Origin: an uncultured Gammaproteobacteria bacterium
Lineage (GTDB): Bacteria > Patescibacteriota > Microgenomatia > UBA10105 > UBA927
DNA: 64,000 bases
Direction: 5' to 3'
NCBI GenBank assembly: GCA_964573695.1
Contig: CAZNKB010000004.1
Coordinates: 78,214-142,213 of the forward strand
Positions 18,066-27,993 of this stretch are shown piece after piece. The position numbers were made by a program, and so were the translations under genes. Below the pieces are notes generated by a model, which was given only the letters and a program-made list of their open reading frames with translations, had not been told where the DNA came from and did no database searches. The first letter of the stretch is position 1, and each line of letters begins with the position of its first letter.

Positions 18066-18402
18066 GTGGGTCACAAGTAAACCCCGATGAGATCGGGGTA
18101 AATAAAAGCGCATGAGGAAATTGATTGGGATTTTCTCTTTTTAGCCTCAAGCTAAGCGCTGACAAGGCTATCCGCCGATAAGGCAGAATGTATTGTCCGG
18201 AGCCGAAACCGTCAAAAGACAGGAACGAGTGTCGTAAACAAACGGAGCTCGTCAAGAATGAGGTTATCCTCAACTGACGCCCCGATCTGATCGGGGTTAT
18301 TTGTAGGGAGAGGATAATACAAGCAGGGTGGCACCGCCGTAAGAAGGCCCCTGCAAGTTTTTCAGGATATTCCTGAGGAATTTGCAGGGGCTTTTTTGAT
18401 GC
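18066..18402 (+). promoter_or_regulatory. T-box riboswitch leader (predicted tRNA-Trp responsive) with intrinsic terminator
   Basis: T-box core AGCAGGGTGGCACCGCCG at 18322-18339 (consensus AGGGUGGNACCGCG, N=C); terminator GGCCCCTGCAA…TTGCAGGGGC + TTTTTT at 18346-18397; ~330-nt untranslated leader upstream of an operon ending in trpS. Confidence 0.65.
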
Positions 18403-18424
18403 GGAAAACAAATAGGAAAATTTT

Positions 18425-18826
18425 ATGAAAACACATATTACGTTGGTCAATATTCGAAAGCTTATAGCACATGAGCGGGTTGATGCAGCGCGCCTGCGTT
18501 CGGTGCGTGCGAATATACGTGCAAAACAGGTAATCCGCAGGCCTGTGATAGTTGACAGAGCCTCGCATGTGATCCTGGACGGTCATCACCGTGTCCGTGT
18601 GCTTTGGGAGATGGGAGCAAAACGGGTGCCGGTTTTATACGTCCGGTACAAGGATGCCAAAATCTGTGTGCAGCTTCGCAGAAAAGATATGTTGTCGGCT
18701 ATATTGAAGCGCTATGTACTGGATATGGCCGTAAATGGAAAGCTTTTTCCGTCAAAAACGACGCGGCATATCCTTCCCGGCAGAAGGGCAATGCGGGCAA
18801 TACGCATAAAAGAATTGCTGGAGTAA
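18425..18826 (+). CDS. ParB/Srx (ParB N-terminal domain-like) small protein
   Basis: 133 aa; HVILDGHHRV motif typical of ParB/sulfiredoxin-fold domain; first gene after T-box leader. Confidence 0.45.
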   Translation: MKTHITLVNIRKLIAHERVDAARLRSVRANIRAKQVIRRPVIVDRASHVILDGHHRVRVLWEMGAKRVPVLYVRYKDAKICVQLRRKDMLSAILKRYVLDMAVNGKLFPSKTTRHILPGRRAMRAIRIKELLE

Positions 18827-18847
18827 CACTATGCATACATATATGTT

Positions 18848-20245
18848 TTGGAAAAGCAGGGGGAGGGAATATTGGCGGTATACGCTTCGTCCGTGGTGTC
18901 GGTGAATATAAAAAGCAAGAAAGGAACTATATTTATGAACATACAAACAACATATAAACAGGAGATGCCGGATTCGTATCTGAATATCTCCTATTACTTA
19001 AACAAATACCTGCATGAATTGCCGGAGCCGCCGTTGGATCCTAAAACCAAGCGGCCGATAGGTCCCGAAGCGCTTGCACGGTTGTTTCCGCAGGAATTGA
19101 TTAGGCAGGAGGTAACACTTGCAGAATTCGTGCCGATTCCGGAAGAGGTGCAGGAATTGTACCGAATGTACCGGCCTACGCCGTTATTACGGGCGACAAG
19201 GTTGGAAAAGGCGTTGGGTACTCCGGCAAGGATATATTTTAAATACGAAGGAGTTTCCCCGGTGGGGAGCCATAAACTCAATACGGCACTCGCGCAGGCA
19301 TACTACAACAAAAAAGAGGGTGTCCGAATGCTTACGACGGAAACAGGGGCAGGTCAGTGGGGATCGGCACTTGCACTTGCCTGCAGGCTTTTTGACATGA
19401 AGTGCAAGGTGTTTATGGTCAAGAGTTCGTATGCCCAAAAGCCGTACCGTAAAACCGTCATGCATCTTTATGGGGCAGAGGTGACGGCGAGTCCGTCACG
19501 GGAAACACACTCAGGAGCCGAATTTCTTTCCCGCGACCCTGATACGACAGGGAGTCTCGGAATGGCGATATCCGAAGCAATAGAGGTGGCAGCAACGACC
19601 GAAGGCGCGCATTATGCCTTAGGAAGCGTGTTAAATCACGTGTTGCTTCACCAGACCATTATCGGGCAGGAGGCAAAACTGCAGCTTATGAAACAGGATA
19701 TTGCCCCTGACGTTGTGATCGGCTGTTGCGGGGGAGGGAGCAACCTGGCGGGTATCAGTTTTCCGTTCCTAGCGGATAAGCTGTCCGGAAAAAGGAAGGC
19801 GCTCCGCGTGGTGGCGGTAGAGCCCGAGGCGTGCCCGTCACTCACCCGCGGAGAATACCGGTACGACTCCGGTGATTCTGCAGGCATGACGCCTCTTATG
19901 AAGATGTATACGGTCGGAAGTGATTTCGTTCCGCCTGCGATTCATGCCGGCGGCCTGCGGTATCATGGGGATTCGCCGCTCATAAGTTTTCTGTATCATA
20001 AGAAGCTTATTGAAGCAGCGGCCTTCAGTCAGCAGGATGTGTTCAGGGCAGCAGAACTATTTGCGCAAACAGAGGGGATTATTCCGGCGCCGGAATCGTC
20101 GCATGCCATAGCACAGGTAATCTATGAGGCGGCGCGCGCGAAAAAGGAAGGTAAGAGGACCGTTATACTGTTTAATCTTTCCGGGCACGGGCTGCTGGAC
20201 CTCGGGGCATACGAGGAATTTTTGCAGGGAGGACTGTACACATAA
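18848..20245 (+). CDS. TrpB2-type tryptophan synthase beta-like PLP-dependent enzyme (standalone, no trpA nearby)
   Basis: 465 aa; PLP-lysine region [24 protein letters not shown] glycine loop; TrpB2-length N-terminal extension. Confidence 0.7.
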   Translation: MEKQGEGILAVYASSVVSVNIKSKKGTIFMNIQTTYKQEMPDSYLNISYYLNKYLHELPEPPLDPKTKRPIGPEALARLFPQELIRQEVTLAEFVPIPEEVQELYRMYRPTPLLRATRLEKALGTPARIYFKYEGVSPVGSHKLNTALAQAYYNKKEGVRMLTTETGAGQWGSALALACRLFDMKCKVFMVKSSYAQKPYRKTVMHLYGAEVTASPSRETHSGAEFLSRDPDTTGSLGMAISEAIEVAATTEGAHYALGSVLNHVLLHQTIIGQEAKLQLMKQDIAPDVVIGCCGGGSNLAGISFPFLADKLSGKRKALRVVAVEPEACPSLTRGEYRYDSGDSAGMTPLMKMYTVGSDFVPPAIHAGGLRYHGDSPLISFLYHKKLIEAAAFSQQDVFRAAELFAQTEGIIPAPESSHAIAQVIYEAARAKKEGKRTVILFNLSGHGLLDLGAYEEFLQGGLYT

Positions 20246-20296
20246 ATAACGGTACGTGATTCCTGCCCGGTTTTCGGGCAGGAATCACGTGATACA

Positions 20297-21724
20297 ATGC
20301 AAAGGAGGAAATCTATGAAACGATTATTATCAGGAATTACACCAAGCGGGGACGGAAGCTTACATATCGGTAATTATTTGGGGGCCGTGCGGCAGTTTAT
20401 TGAGCTTGCAAAAACCCACGAAACATACCTGATGGTGGCTGATCTCCACGGGCTTACGACTATTCAGGATAAAACCCGATTGCAGCATAACATCGAAACG
20501 CTTGTGTTAAATGAACTTGCCTTGCTCCGGGGATTTTTGACGGAAGAACAGTTCAGTAAAATCATATTTTTCCGTCAATCCGATGTGACCATGCATACGG
20601 AGTGCCAGTCGATTCTTAACAACGTGACGCCCTTGGGACTTCTTAAGCGGGCCCACGCGTATAAAGATAAATTGCAAAAAGATGTCATGGAAGATGATAT
20701 AAATGTCGGTTTATTTAGCTATCCGATGCTCATGGCGGCGGATATTTTGTTGTACAAACCGGATTTGGTCCCGGTTGGTAAAGATCAGAAACAGCATATC
20801 GAAATAACCCGGGATATCGCTGAGAGATTTAACAAAATTTACAAAAAGAACGTGTTTAAGCTCCTTGAGCCCTATATTCCGGATGAAGTCGCGGTGATCA
20901 TGGGTACGGACGGAAAACGGAAAATGAGTAAAAGCCTGGGTAATGTTATCGCCATATTTGAGTCTGAAGATGTGATACGTAAACAGGTTATGGGGACGTA
21001 TACCGACCCCACTAGAAAACACGTAACTGATCCGGGTCATATCGAAGGGAATATGGTGTTTACGTACCTTGAATTTTTTGGAGAGCCGGCCCGCATCGAT
21101 TCGCTTAAAGAATCCTATAAAGCCGGCAACGTATCCGACGTGGAGGTGAAAGAATATTTATTTGATAGTCTCATGACATTTTTTGGTCCAGCACGGAAGG
21201 CTTATGAAGAATTAAAGAGCAATCCGGAAGTGGTGAAGGATATTCTTAAGTACGGCCAGGCTAGGGCACTAGCTGTCGCCGTAGAAACCATGAAAGGCGT
21301 CCGTGAAGCCACAGGAATCACAACGGGTTATTCGTTTTTCGAGTACGCGAAGCCTAGAGCGGGAAGTTCTATTTCCATAGAGGATTTTGCCCGGGTGGAG
21401 GTTCGTGTGGGGCGCGTTGTGAAAGCTACCAACAAAGAGGGGAGTGAGAAACTTATCCGTTTGGTGGTAGACATAGGAGAGAAAGTGCCCCGCATTGTAT
21501 TTACAGGGGTTCGAGGATTTGGGTACACGCCAAAAGATTTTGAAGGTAAACAATTTCTTTTTATCACCAACCTCATGTTTCGGAAGATGATGGACGAGGA
21601 AAGTCAGGGGATGATCCTTGCTGTGGACTCGCCTCGCTTAAGCTCCGGCGAAGCGGGCGGGGTAGATAAGAAGCCACAATTTATTTCCGCCGAAGGTATG
21701 CCGGTTGGATCCAAAATTCGCTAA
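20297..21724 (+). CDS. trpS: Tryptophan--tRNA ligase fused to C-terminal tRNA-binding (Trbp111/EMAP-like OB-fold) domain
   Basis: 475 aa; HIGH-type GDGSLHIGNYLGA; KMSKS (KRKMSKSLGN); C-terminal FARVEVRVGRVVKATNKEGSEKLIRLVVDIGE typical of the tRNA-binding OB-fold found on MetRS/PheT. Confidence 0.8.
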   Translation: MQRRKSMKRLLSGITPSGDGSLHIGNYLGAVRQFIELAKTHETYLMVADLHGLTTIQDKTRLQHNIETLVLNELALLRGFLTEEQFSKIIFFRQSDVTMHTECQSILNNVTPLGLLKRAHAYKDKLQKDVMEDDINVGLFSYPMLMAADILLYKPDLVPVGKDQKQHIEITRDIAERFNKIYKKNVFKLLEPYIPDEVAVIMGTDGKRKMSKSLGNVIAIFESEDVIRKQVMGTYTDPTRKHVTDPGHIEGNMVFTYLEFFGEPARIDSLKESYKAGNVSDVEVKEYLFDSLMTFFGPARKAYEELKSNPEVVKDILKYGQARALAVAVETMKGVREATGITTGYSFFEYAKPRAGSSISIEDFARVEVRVGRVVKATNKEGSEKLIRLVVDIGEKVPRIVFTGVRGFGYTPKDFEGKQFLFITNLMFRKMMDEESQGMILAVDSPRLSSGEAGGVDKKPQFISAEGMPVGSKIR

Positions 21725-23660
21725 GTATCCGCGGGTGATTCTCTCTATCGAACGTGGTATACTTGTGGCTCGTATGGCAGAAAAACGAAATCAAACAGGG
21801 AAGAAAAACGGCAACGGTAAGAAATCCAAAAAAATCTTCCAACTTCAACTGCAACTTAACTTTAAGAATGTGGTCATCGGGCTTTTTGCTCTTTTTTTCC
21901 TTTTTTCCGTGTTGGGGAGTATGGGGAGTCAGGCCGGTTCAGCAAATGCAAAGCCGCTTTCGACTGTTGTGGCAGACGTAAAAGAAGGAAAGGTAAAAGC
22001 AATAGACGTGGAGGATTCTAAGCTCACGGTGATTAACAAAGACGGAAGCAAATACGTGTCGATCAAGGAATCCCAGGATTCACTGATTACGGTTTTGGAG
22101 CGATCCGGAGTAGATCCCAAAACCGTTGAAATAAACATCAAAGATTTGAGTATGGGCGCTATCTGGCTGGGACTTATTTCCAATGTACTCCCGTTGGTTC
22201 TCACGGTTGTATTTTTTCTGTTTCTTTTCCGGCAAGCACGGGGAGCGCAGGATAATATTTTCCAATTCGGGCAAAGCAAGGCGAGAATTTGGAATAAAGA
22301 TTTACCCAAAGTAACATTCAAGGATGTGGCGGGGGTTGATGAGGCAAAAAAAGAGCTTGAAGAGGTGGTCGACTTTCTGAAAAATCCCGCTAAGTATACG
22401 ACACTTGGAGCGCGTACACCTAAAGGTGTGATTCTCGTTGGGCCGTCAGGAACGGGAAAAACGCTTCTTGCCAAAGCTATGGCGGGTGAGGCACGAACCG
22501 CTTTTTACTCCATAGCCGGGAGCGAGTTTATGGAGATGCTGGTTGGCGTGGGAGCTGCGCGCGTACGGGACCTTTTTGCACAAGCCAAGAAAAACGCTCC
22601 GGCTATTATTTTTATCGATGAGGTTGATGCGATAGGACGCATGCGAAGTGTGGGTGTTATGGGTGGACATGACGAACGTGAGCAGACGCTCAACCAGATT
22701 TTAGTGGAAATGGACGGGTTTGAACCAAATACTGCAGTATTGATCGTTGCTGCAACTAACCGCGGTGATTTGCTGGATCCGGCCTTGACCCGTCCCGGAC
22801 GGTTTGACCGGCGTGTCGTTTTGGATTTGCCTGATTTGGAAGGACGGAAAGCAATTCTTTCTATTCATGCAAAGGGTAAGCCGTTCGGTACGAACGTAAA
22901 TTGGGATAAGGTTGCCAAGCGCACCGTTGGATTTTCCGGAGCGGATTTGGAAAATATGTTAAATGAAGCAGCTATTCATGCAGCTCGGGCAGCAAAAAAG
23001 GAAATCGATATGCCCGATATTGAAGAGGCAGCTACCAAAGTGAAATTGGGTCCGGAAAAGAAACGCTTACAAAGTGATTTGGACCGCAAAATGACTGCGT
23101 ATCACGAAGCAGGGCACGCGATTGTCAATTACTATAGCCCGCACTTGGATCCGGTGCATCGCATCAGTATAGTATCTCGCGGTATGGCACTCGGATTTAC
23201 CATGGCGCCTCCTGAAAAGGATCGGCTTCACGAAACGAAATCCCGCTTATTAGAAGAAATGGCTATGACCATGGGGGGCAGAGCTGCAGAACAGGTGGTG
23301 TTTAAAGAGGTAACGAGCGGAGCAGCAAATGATATTGATCAGGCCACCCGGATAGCCCGATTTATGGTGACAGAGTGGGGGATGAGTGATTTGGGACCGA
23401 TTAACTTCGGACCGGTTACGGATGTCACCGAGTGGGGAAAAGGATTTTATGAACAGCAAAGCGTGTCGCAGGAGATGCAGTCCGCTATAGACCGCGAGGT
23501 GAAAAAATTGATTGATGTCGCTCACGCTCAGGCGCTTGCTCTTATCAAGAAATATCGTAAAGATCTCGACGTCGTGGCCGAGGCCCTTATTAAAAAAGAG
23601 ACTCTCGAGGGTGATGATTTTTCCGCATTGTTAGGGAGTGAAAAAAAGAGAAGCATCTAA
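21705..23660 (+). CDS. ftsH: ATP-dependent zinc metalloprotease FtsH (true start probably ATG at 21774)
   Basis: Walker [19 protein letters not shown]; second region of homology; zinc site HEAGHA; two N-terminal TM helices. Confidence 0.9.
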   Translation: MDPKFAKYPRVILSIERGILVARMAEKRNQTGKKNGNGKKSKKIFQLQLQLNFKNVVIGLFALFFLFSVLGSMGSQAGSANAKPLSTVVADVKEGKVKAIDVEDSKLTVINKDGSKYVSIKESQDSLITVLERSGVDPKTVEINIKDLSMGAIWLGLISNVLPLVLTVVFFLFLFRQARGAQDNIFQFGQSKARIWNKDLPKVTFKDVAGVDEAKKELEEVVDFLKNPAKYTTLGARTPKGVILVGPSGTGKTLLAKAMAGEARTAFYSIAGSEFMEMLVGVGAARVRDLFAQAKKNAPAIIFIDEVDAIGRMRSVGVMGGHDEREQTLNQILVEMDGFEPNTAVLIVAATNRGDLLDPALTRPGRFDRRVVLDLPDLEGRKAILSIHAKGKPFGTNVNWDKVAKRTVGFSGADLENMLNEAAIHAARAAKKEIDMPDIEEAATKVKLGPEKKRLQSDLDRKMTAYHEAGHAIVNYYSPHLDPVHRISIVSRGMALGFTMAPPEKDRLHETKSRLLEEMAMTMGGRAAEQVVFKEVTSGAANDIDQATRIARFMVTEWGMSDLGPINFGPVTDVTEWGKGFYEQQSVSQEMQSAIDREVKKLIDVAHAQALALIKKYRKDLDVVAEALIKKETLEGDDFSALLGSEKKRSI

Positions 23661-23668
23661 CTTACTCC

Positions 23669-24640
23669 ATGAACCGATTGGTACTGATAGACGGCAACGC
23701 TATTATGCATCGGGCGTATCATGCGCTTCCGCCTTTGACTTCACCGTCTGGCAGACCGGTGCATATCGTTTACGGCTTCGTTTCGATGATGATTAAGATT
23801 TTTCATGATCTCAAACCGACCCACGTGGCTGTTGCATTTGACCGACCCGGACCCACATTCCGTGAAAAATTATTTCCGGCATATCAATCACAACGACCAA
23901 AAATGGAAGATGACTTTGTTAGCCAGATACCACTTGTCCACGATATGGTGTCAGCCTTAGGGATTCCTGCGTATGAAAGCGACGGATTTGAAGCAGATGA
24001 TGTAATCGGGACTATATGCAGACAAGTCAGTGGCAAACAGGTAACGGGTAATACCCAACGCATTGATCAGGTGGTTATTATCACGGGCGATCGGGATATA
24101 TTGCAGCTTGTGTCGGATGAAAAAGTGCTCATATTCATGCCAACAAAAGGACTTTCTGAAGGGAAATTATACGGAGAAAAGGAAGTCGTTGAGCGTATGG
24201 GGGTTATACCCGCACGCATAGCGGATTTAAAAGCGCTAATGGGAGATGCGTCAGATAATTACCCCGGTGTGGCTGGGGTTGGGCCCAAGACCGCCGTTTC
24301 TCTCCTTGATCAGTTCGGATCCGTTGAAAAGATATACAAAGCATTGGACAGGGTCAACGGTGATATGACGAAAACCAAGTTGCAACATGGCCGTGAGAGT
24401 GCATTTTTGGGCAAATATCTTGCAACCATACGAACAGATGCTCCTGTGACATTTGAACCGGTAGCAGCTCGACTTACGACCCTAGACACCCCGAAAGCGA
24501 GGGCAATGCTGGAGACGTTACATTTTCCGTCGCTTCTTAAGCGTTTAAGCGGGCAGATGCCGGTTGAAAAGAAAACCAAGCAAACGAAGGAGCTTAAAAA
24601 ACAAAAAACGGTAAGCGACGATCAGCAGGTGATGTTTTGA
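23669..24640 (+). CDS. Standalone 5'-3' exonuclease (Pol I N-terminal domain homologue / FEN-like)
   Basis: 323 aa; LVLIDGNAIMHRAYHA N-terminus, acidic clusters; C-terminal H3TH region, basic tail. Confidence 0.8.
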   Translation: MNRLVLIDGNAIMHRAYHALPPLTSPSGRPVHIVYGFVSMMIKIFHDLKPTHVAVAFDRPGPTFREKLFPAYQSQRPKMEDDFVSQIPLVHDMVSALGIPAYESDGFEADDVIGTICRQVSGKQVTGNTQRIDQVVIITGDRDILQLVSDEKVLIFMPTKGLSEGKLYGEKEVVERMGVIPARIADLKALMGDASDNYPGVAGVGPKTAVSLLDQFGSVEKIYKALDRVNGDMTKTKLQHGRESAFLGKYLATIRTDAPVTFEPVAARLTTLDTPKARAMLETLHFPSLLKRLSGQMPVEKKTKQTKELKKQKTVSDDQQVMF

Positions 24641-24643
24641 AGC

Positions 24644-25012
24644 ATGAGCAGATTGGAGTCAAAGGCAAATTGTATAGGATGTGCACTGTCGGCAAGGGGA
24701 TTAGCCCCGGACGGATTTTATGATCCGGCATTCGTTGACGCATATCTTGAAGACGTGCCGCTTTCGCAAGCGAATCTCGTGGTGGGCGTAGTTAATGGCG
24801 TTGTTTGCCACGTGGTACCGTTTGACTTTATGCATCCGATCACCGTTGTGCACAGGCGTAAGACCGGCGACCGGATTAAGTGGAAAGAGTCGTTTTTTGC
24901 CGCCATAGGTCATTTGTATCACGATTTCTCTCGTGATGGGCGTACTCTGGCTCGGTTGCGGTATATGGCACCGCGTAAAGGTGTAAACTTGCTTCAGTGG
25001 CGACGGGTATAA
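24644..25012 (+). CDS. hypothetical protein
   Basis: 122 aa, no motif recognised. Confidence 0.3.
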   Translation: MSRLESKANCIGCALSARGLAPDGFYDPAFVDAYLEDVPLSQANLVVGVVNGVVCHVVPFDFMHPITVVHRRKTGDRIKWKESFFAAIGHLYHDFSRDGRTLARLRYMAPRKGVNLLQWRRV

Positions 25013-25016
25013 ACAT

Positions 25017-26132
25017 ATGAAAATTGCTCTTATCCATGATTATTTGCGTGAATATGGCGGTGCTGAGCGGGTTGTCGAAGCAATGCACGACATATGGCCT
25101 CTAGCGCCCTTATATACCTCGTTTGTAGATTGGCAATCCCTCGGCAGTCATGCAACAAGGTTCAAGGATTGGGATATACGGACAAGTTGGGTGCAAACAA
25201 ACCCTATTGTCAAAGCATGGCATTCGCCCCTTAGATTTTTGGCTCCGAAAGTGTGGGAGAGCTTTGATCTTTCCGGATACGATGTTGTGCTTTCGAGCAG
25301 CGGCTGGTTTATCTGTCGTGGGGTGAAAGTTATTCCTCCGACAAAACATATTTGTTATATTCATCACCCGCCAAGAAATCTTTACGGGTATGCCACCGGC
25401 CGGACATTCCAAAAATACGCAGCCGTAAGGGCATATGCGACGTTTATCAATTTTTTTATGCGGCAATACGACTACAAAACAGCGCAACTGGTGGATTATT
25501 TTGTCGCAAACTCTTTGGAAACCCAACGAAGGGTCAAGAAGTTTTACCGACGGGAATCAACAGTGATTTATCCTCCTGTTGATATGCCGCCCCTAAACGA
25601 AAAAGCAGTTCCCGTTCAAAGAACATACTACTTAAGCGTGGGAAGGTTGGTATGGGCAAAACAGATTGACCTTATCGTAAAGGCCGCAAATATGAGAAAG
25701 TTTACGCTAAAAATTGTTGGAACGGGTCCAGAAGACGAACATCTCCGCGCCCTTTCGGGTCCCACTGTCGAGTTTTTGGGATCGGTTTCCGACGAAGAGC
25801 TCAACGCGTTATATCGGGGGGCGAAAGCAACGATATTTTGTGCACAGGACGAGGATTTCGGTATGGTACCTATAGAATCTATGGCACATGGGACTCCGGT
25901 CATCGCCCTTTCTCAAGGAGGAGTTAGAGAGACCGTGATTGACTCTGAAACGGGTATCTTATTCAATGTCGGGGATGTGCCGTCGCTTGTCAGTGCAATC
26001 GGAAAGTTTGAGCGAAAGCACACGGACTGGTCAGCGGCATGTCAAAGACAAGCCGCCAGATTTTCGAAGGCACGTTTTCAACGGGAGATCGTGGATTTTG
26101 TCAATAAACATATGACAAAACGTCTCATATGA
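25017..26132 (+). CDS. Glycosyltransferase family 4 (GT-B fold)
   Basis: 371 aa; EDFGMVPIESMAHGTPVIA (E-x7-E-like retaining GT motif). Confidence 0.75.
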   Translation: MKIALIHDYLREYGGAERVVEAMHDIWPLAPLYTSFVDWQSLGSHATRFKDWDIRTSWVQTNPIVKAWHSPLRFLAPKVWESFDLSGYDVVLSSSGWFICRGVKVIPPTKHICYIHHPPRNLYGYATGRTFQKYAAVRAYATFINFFMRQYDYKTAQLVDYFVANSLETQRRVKKFYRRESTVIYPPVDMPPLNEKAVPVQRTYYLSVGRLVWAKQIDLIVKAANMRKFTLKIVGTGPEDEHLRALSGPTVEFLGSVSDEELNALYRGAKATIFCAQDEDFGMVPIESMAHGTPVIALSQGGVRETVIDSETGILFNVGDVPSLVSAIGKFERKHTDWSAACQRQAARFSKARFQREIVDFVNKHMTKRLI

Positions 26133-26220
26133 CGTTTTGTATATTACTTTAAGAATTCATTACTGTGTGGTAGGATAAAAAGCATCACAGTAACCAGATG
26201 TATAGAAGGAGCATGCTGAA

Positions 26221-26922
26221 ATGGCACAAGACCCAGAAGTTTTTGTACTTTCCTTAGGGGGATCATTAATCGTTCCGAACGAGGGAATTGATACTGCGTT
26301 CCTTAAGGAATTCCATGAATTTATCCGCAATCAAATCTCCTCAAAAAACAGGAGATTTTTTATAACTGTCGGCGGCGGGTCTATTACCAGACATTATCAG
26401 CAGGCAGCTCGAGAAGTGAGAAATCATGATTTGAGCGATACGGATGCGGATTGGTTGGGAGTTCACGCCACGCGTCTCAACGCGCAGCTTATGCGGGCAA
26501 TATTTCAGGATTTGGCCGATCCCAGGGTTATCAAACATTATGAAATAATTCTTAAGATTCAGTCACCCGTAGCAATTGCTGCCGGCTGGAAACCAGGATG
26601 GAGCACGGATTACTGTGCGGTCACGGTTTGTCAGGATTACGGACTCACGCAAGTGGTGAATATGACCAACGTCGATCAGGTATATGATAAGGACCCAAAT
26701 AAATTCAAGGATGCCAAAGCGATTACGAATATTTCATGGGATGAATATCGGGATATGGTCGGGGATGTATGGAAACCCGGTATGAACGCGCCGTTTGACC
26801 CGATCGCAAGTAAATTGGCACAGGACCTCGGGGTGACCGTAAAAATCGTCAACGGGAAAAATTTATCCAATCTCGACCTGGCCCTAGACGGAAAAGAGTT
26901 TGTCGGAACGACCATAAAGTAA
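26221..26922 (+). CDS. pyrH: UMP kinase, archaeal-type (amino acid kinase family)
   Basis: 233 aa; N-terminal VFVLSLGGSLIV and ITVGGG glycine motifs of the AAK fold. Confidence 0.55.
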   Translation: MAQDPEVFVLSLGGSLIVPNEGIDTAFLKEFHEFIRNQISSKNRRFFITVGGGSITRHYQQAAREVRNHDLSDTDADWLGVHATRLNAQLMRAIFQDLADPRVIKHYEIILKIQSPVAIAAGWKPGWSTDYCAVTVCQDYGLTQVVNMTNVDQVYDKDPNKFKDAKAITNISWDEYRDMVGDVWKPGMNAPFDPIASKLAQDLGVTVKIVNGKNLSNLDLALDGKEFVGTTIK

Positions 26923-26928
26923 ATCCAC

Positions 26929-27987
26929 ATGACGTTTTTGTCACTCGTGTTACAGCACTTCCGCAGTTATCCCGATAAAACCTGGTCGTTTACTCCGGGA
27001 ATTACCTGCATTGTCGGGCCAAATGCAGCAGGCAAAACCAATATATTGGAAGCGATTATGCTGCTTGCTACCGCCAAAGGGTTTCGCGCTGGGCTTGACC
27101 GGGAGATGATCGAGTGGGGAGCCGATGTAGCCAGGGTGAGGGGCACATGCGATGAAGAAAAATTAGAGATTGTCCTTACGACTGGCGCAGTCGCCGGGCA
27201 GCCTGCCTCGCTAAAAAAACTTCTTGTGAATGGGGTGGCCCGCCGAGCCATAGATTTTGTCGGTGTATTACGGGCAGTATTGTTTTGGCCGGAAGACATG
27301 GAAATAGTGACCGATAGTCCGAGTATCCGTAGAAAATATCTTGATACGGTACTCACGCAAACAGACCGCGAATACCGGAGAAATCTGGTGTCTTTTGAGC
27401 GTGGCGTACGTCAGAGGAATAAGCTGCTGGATCTTATAAGCGAAGGGAAGGCTTCCCGATCCCAATTGATCTTCTGGGATCAGTTGCTTATCCGTGCAGG
27501 AGGGTTTATAACACAGCGGAGGGCAACATATATCGAATTCGTCAACGGAACGACTCTCAAAAACCATCGTTTCCATATATCGTATGACAAAAGCGTCATA
27601 TCCGAAGCGCGACTTACACAATACAAAAACGAGGAGATAGCTGCAAAATCCACCCTTGTCGGGCCGCATCGTGATGATTTTACTCTTTTTAGTCGGGAAC
27701 ATGCGGCGGCGACCGATACGGGGCTTCGCAACATCAGCACGTTCGGTTCCCGGGGAGAGCAACGGCTCGCTGTTTTGTGGCTCAAATTGGCAGAACTGGT
27801 TTATATTGAAAAAGAAACCGGGAGTAGGCCGATATTATTACTTGACGATATATTTTCTGAGTTAGATGAAGCGCACCGCGCATTGGTAGGGGAGGTCATA
27901 CACAAACAACAGACAATTATCACCAGCGCTGATTTTGAGTCGTTGCCCGAGGATATACAGAAGAAGGCATATATCATTCGGTTATAA
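26929..27987 (+). CDS. recF: DNA replication and repair protein RecF
   Basis: 352 aa; Walker A GPNAAGKTNILEAI; signature LFSGGEQR-like GSRGEQRLAVLWLKLAE; Walker B LLLDDIFSELD. Confidence 0.85.
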   Translation: MTFLSLVLQHFRSYPDKTWSFTPGITCIVGPNAAGKTNILEAIMLLATAKGFRAGLDREMIEWGADVARVRGTCDEEKLEIVLTTGAVAGQPASLKKLLVNGVARRAIDFVGVLRAVLFWPEDMEIVTDSPSIRRKYLDTVLTQTDREYRRNLVSFERGVRQRNKLLDLISEGKASRSQLIFWDQLLIRAGGFITQRRATYIEFVNGTTLKNHRFHISYDKSVISEARLTQYKNEEIAAKSTLVGPHRDDFTLFSREHAAATDTGLRNISTFGSRGEQRLAVLWLKLAELVYIEKETGSRPILLLDDIFSELDEAHRALVGEVIHKQQTIITSADFESLPEDIQKKAYIIRL

Positions 27988-27993
27988 TACCTA

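Noticed and set aside
18120-18185. Candidate Stem I with AAGCUAA specifier loop (would imply alanine)
   Set aside because: GCGC-AU-GAGG…CCUC-AAGCUAA-GCGC looks like a specifier-loop architecture, but the T-box UGGC bulge requires a G73 discriminator (tRNA-Ala has A73). The downstream genes are Trp-specific, so this is probably a coincidental helix.
18043-18450. 135-aa minus-strand ORF spanning the T-box leader
   Set aside because: Lies antisense to a region with clear RNA-level signals (T-box core, terminator, hairpins); no RBS or protein motif. Most likely a spurious ORF.
26112-26145. Hairpin ACAAAACGTC-TCATAT-GACGTTTTGT overlapping the GT4 stop codon
   Set aside because: Plausible terminator-like stem but followed by ATATT rather than a U-tract; could simply be coding-sequence palindrome. 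Not reported as a feature.
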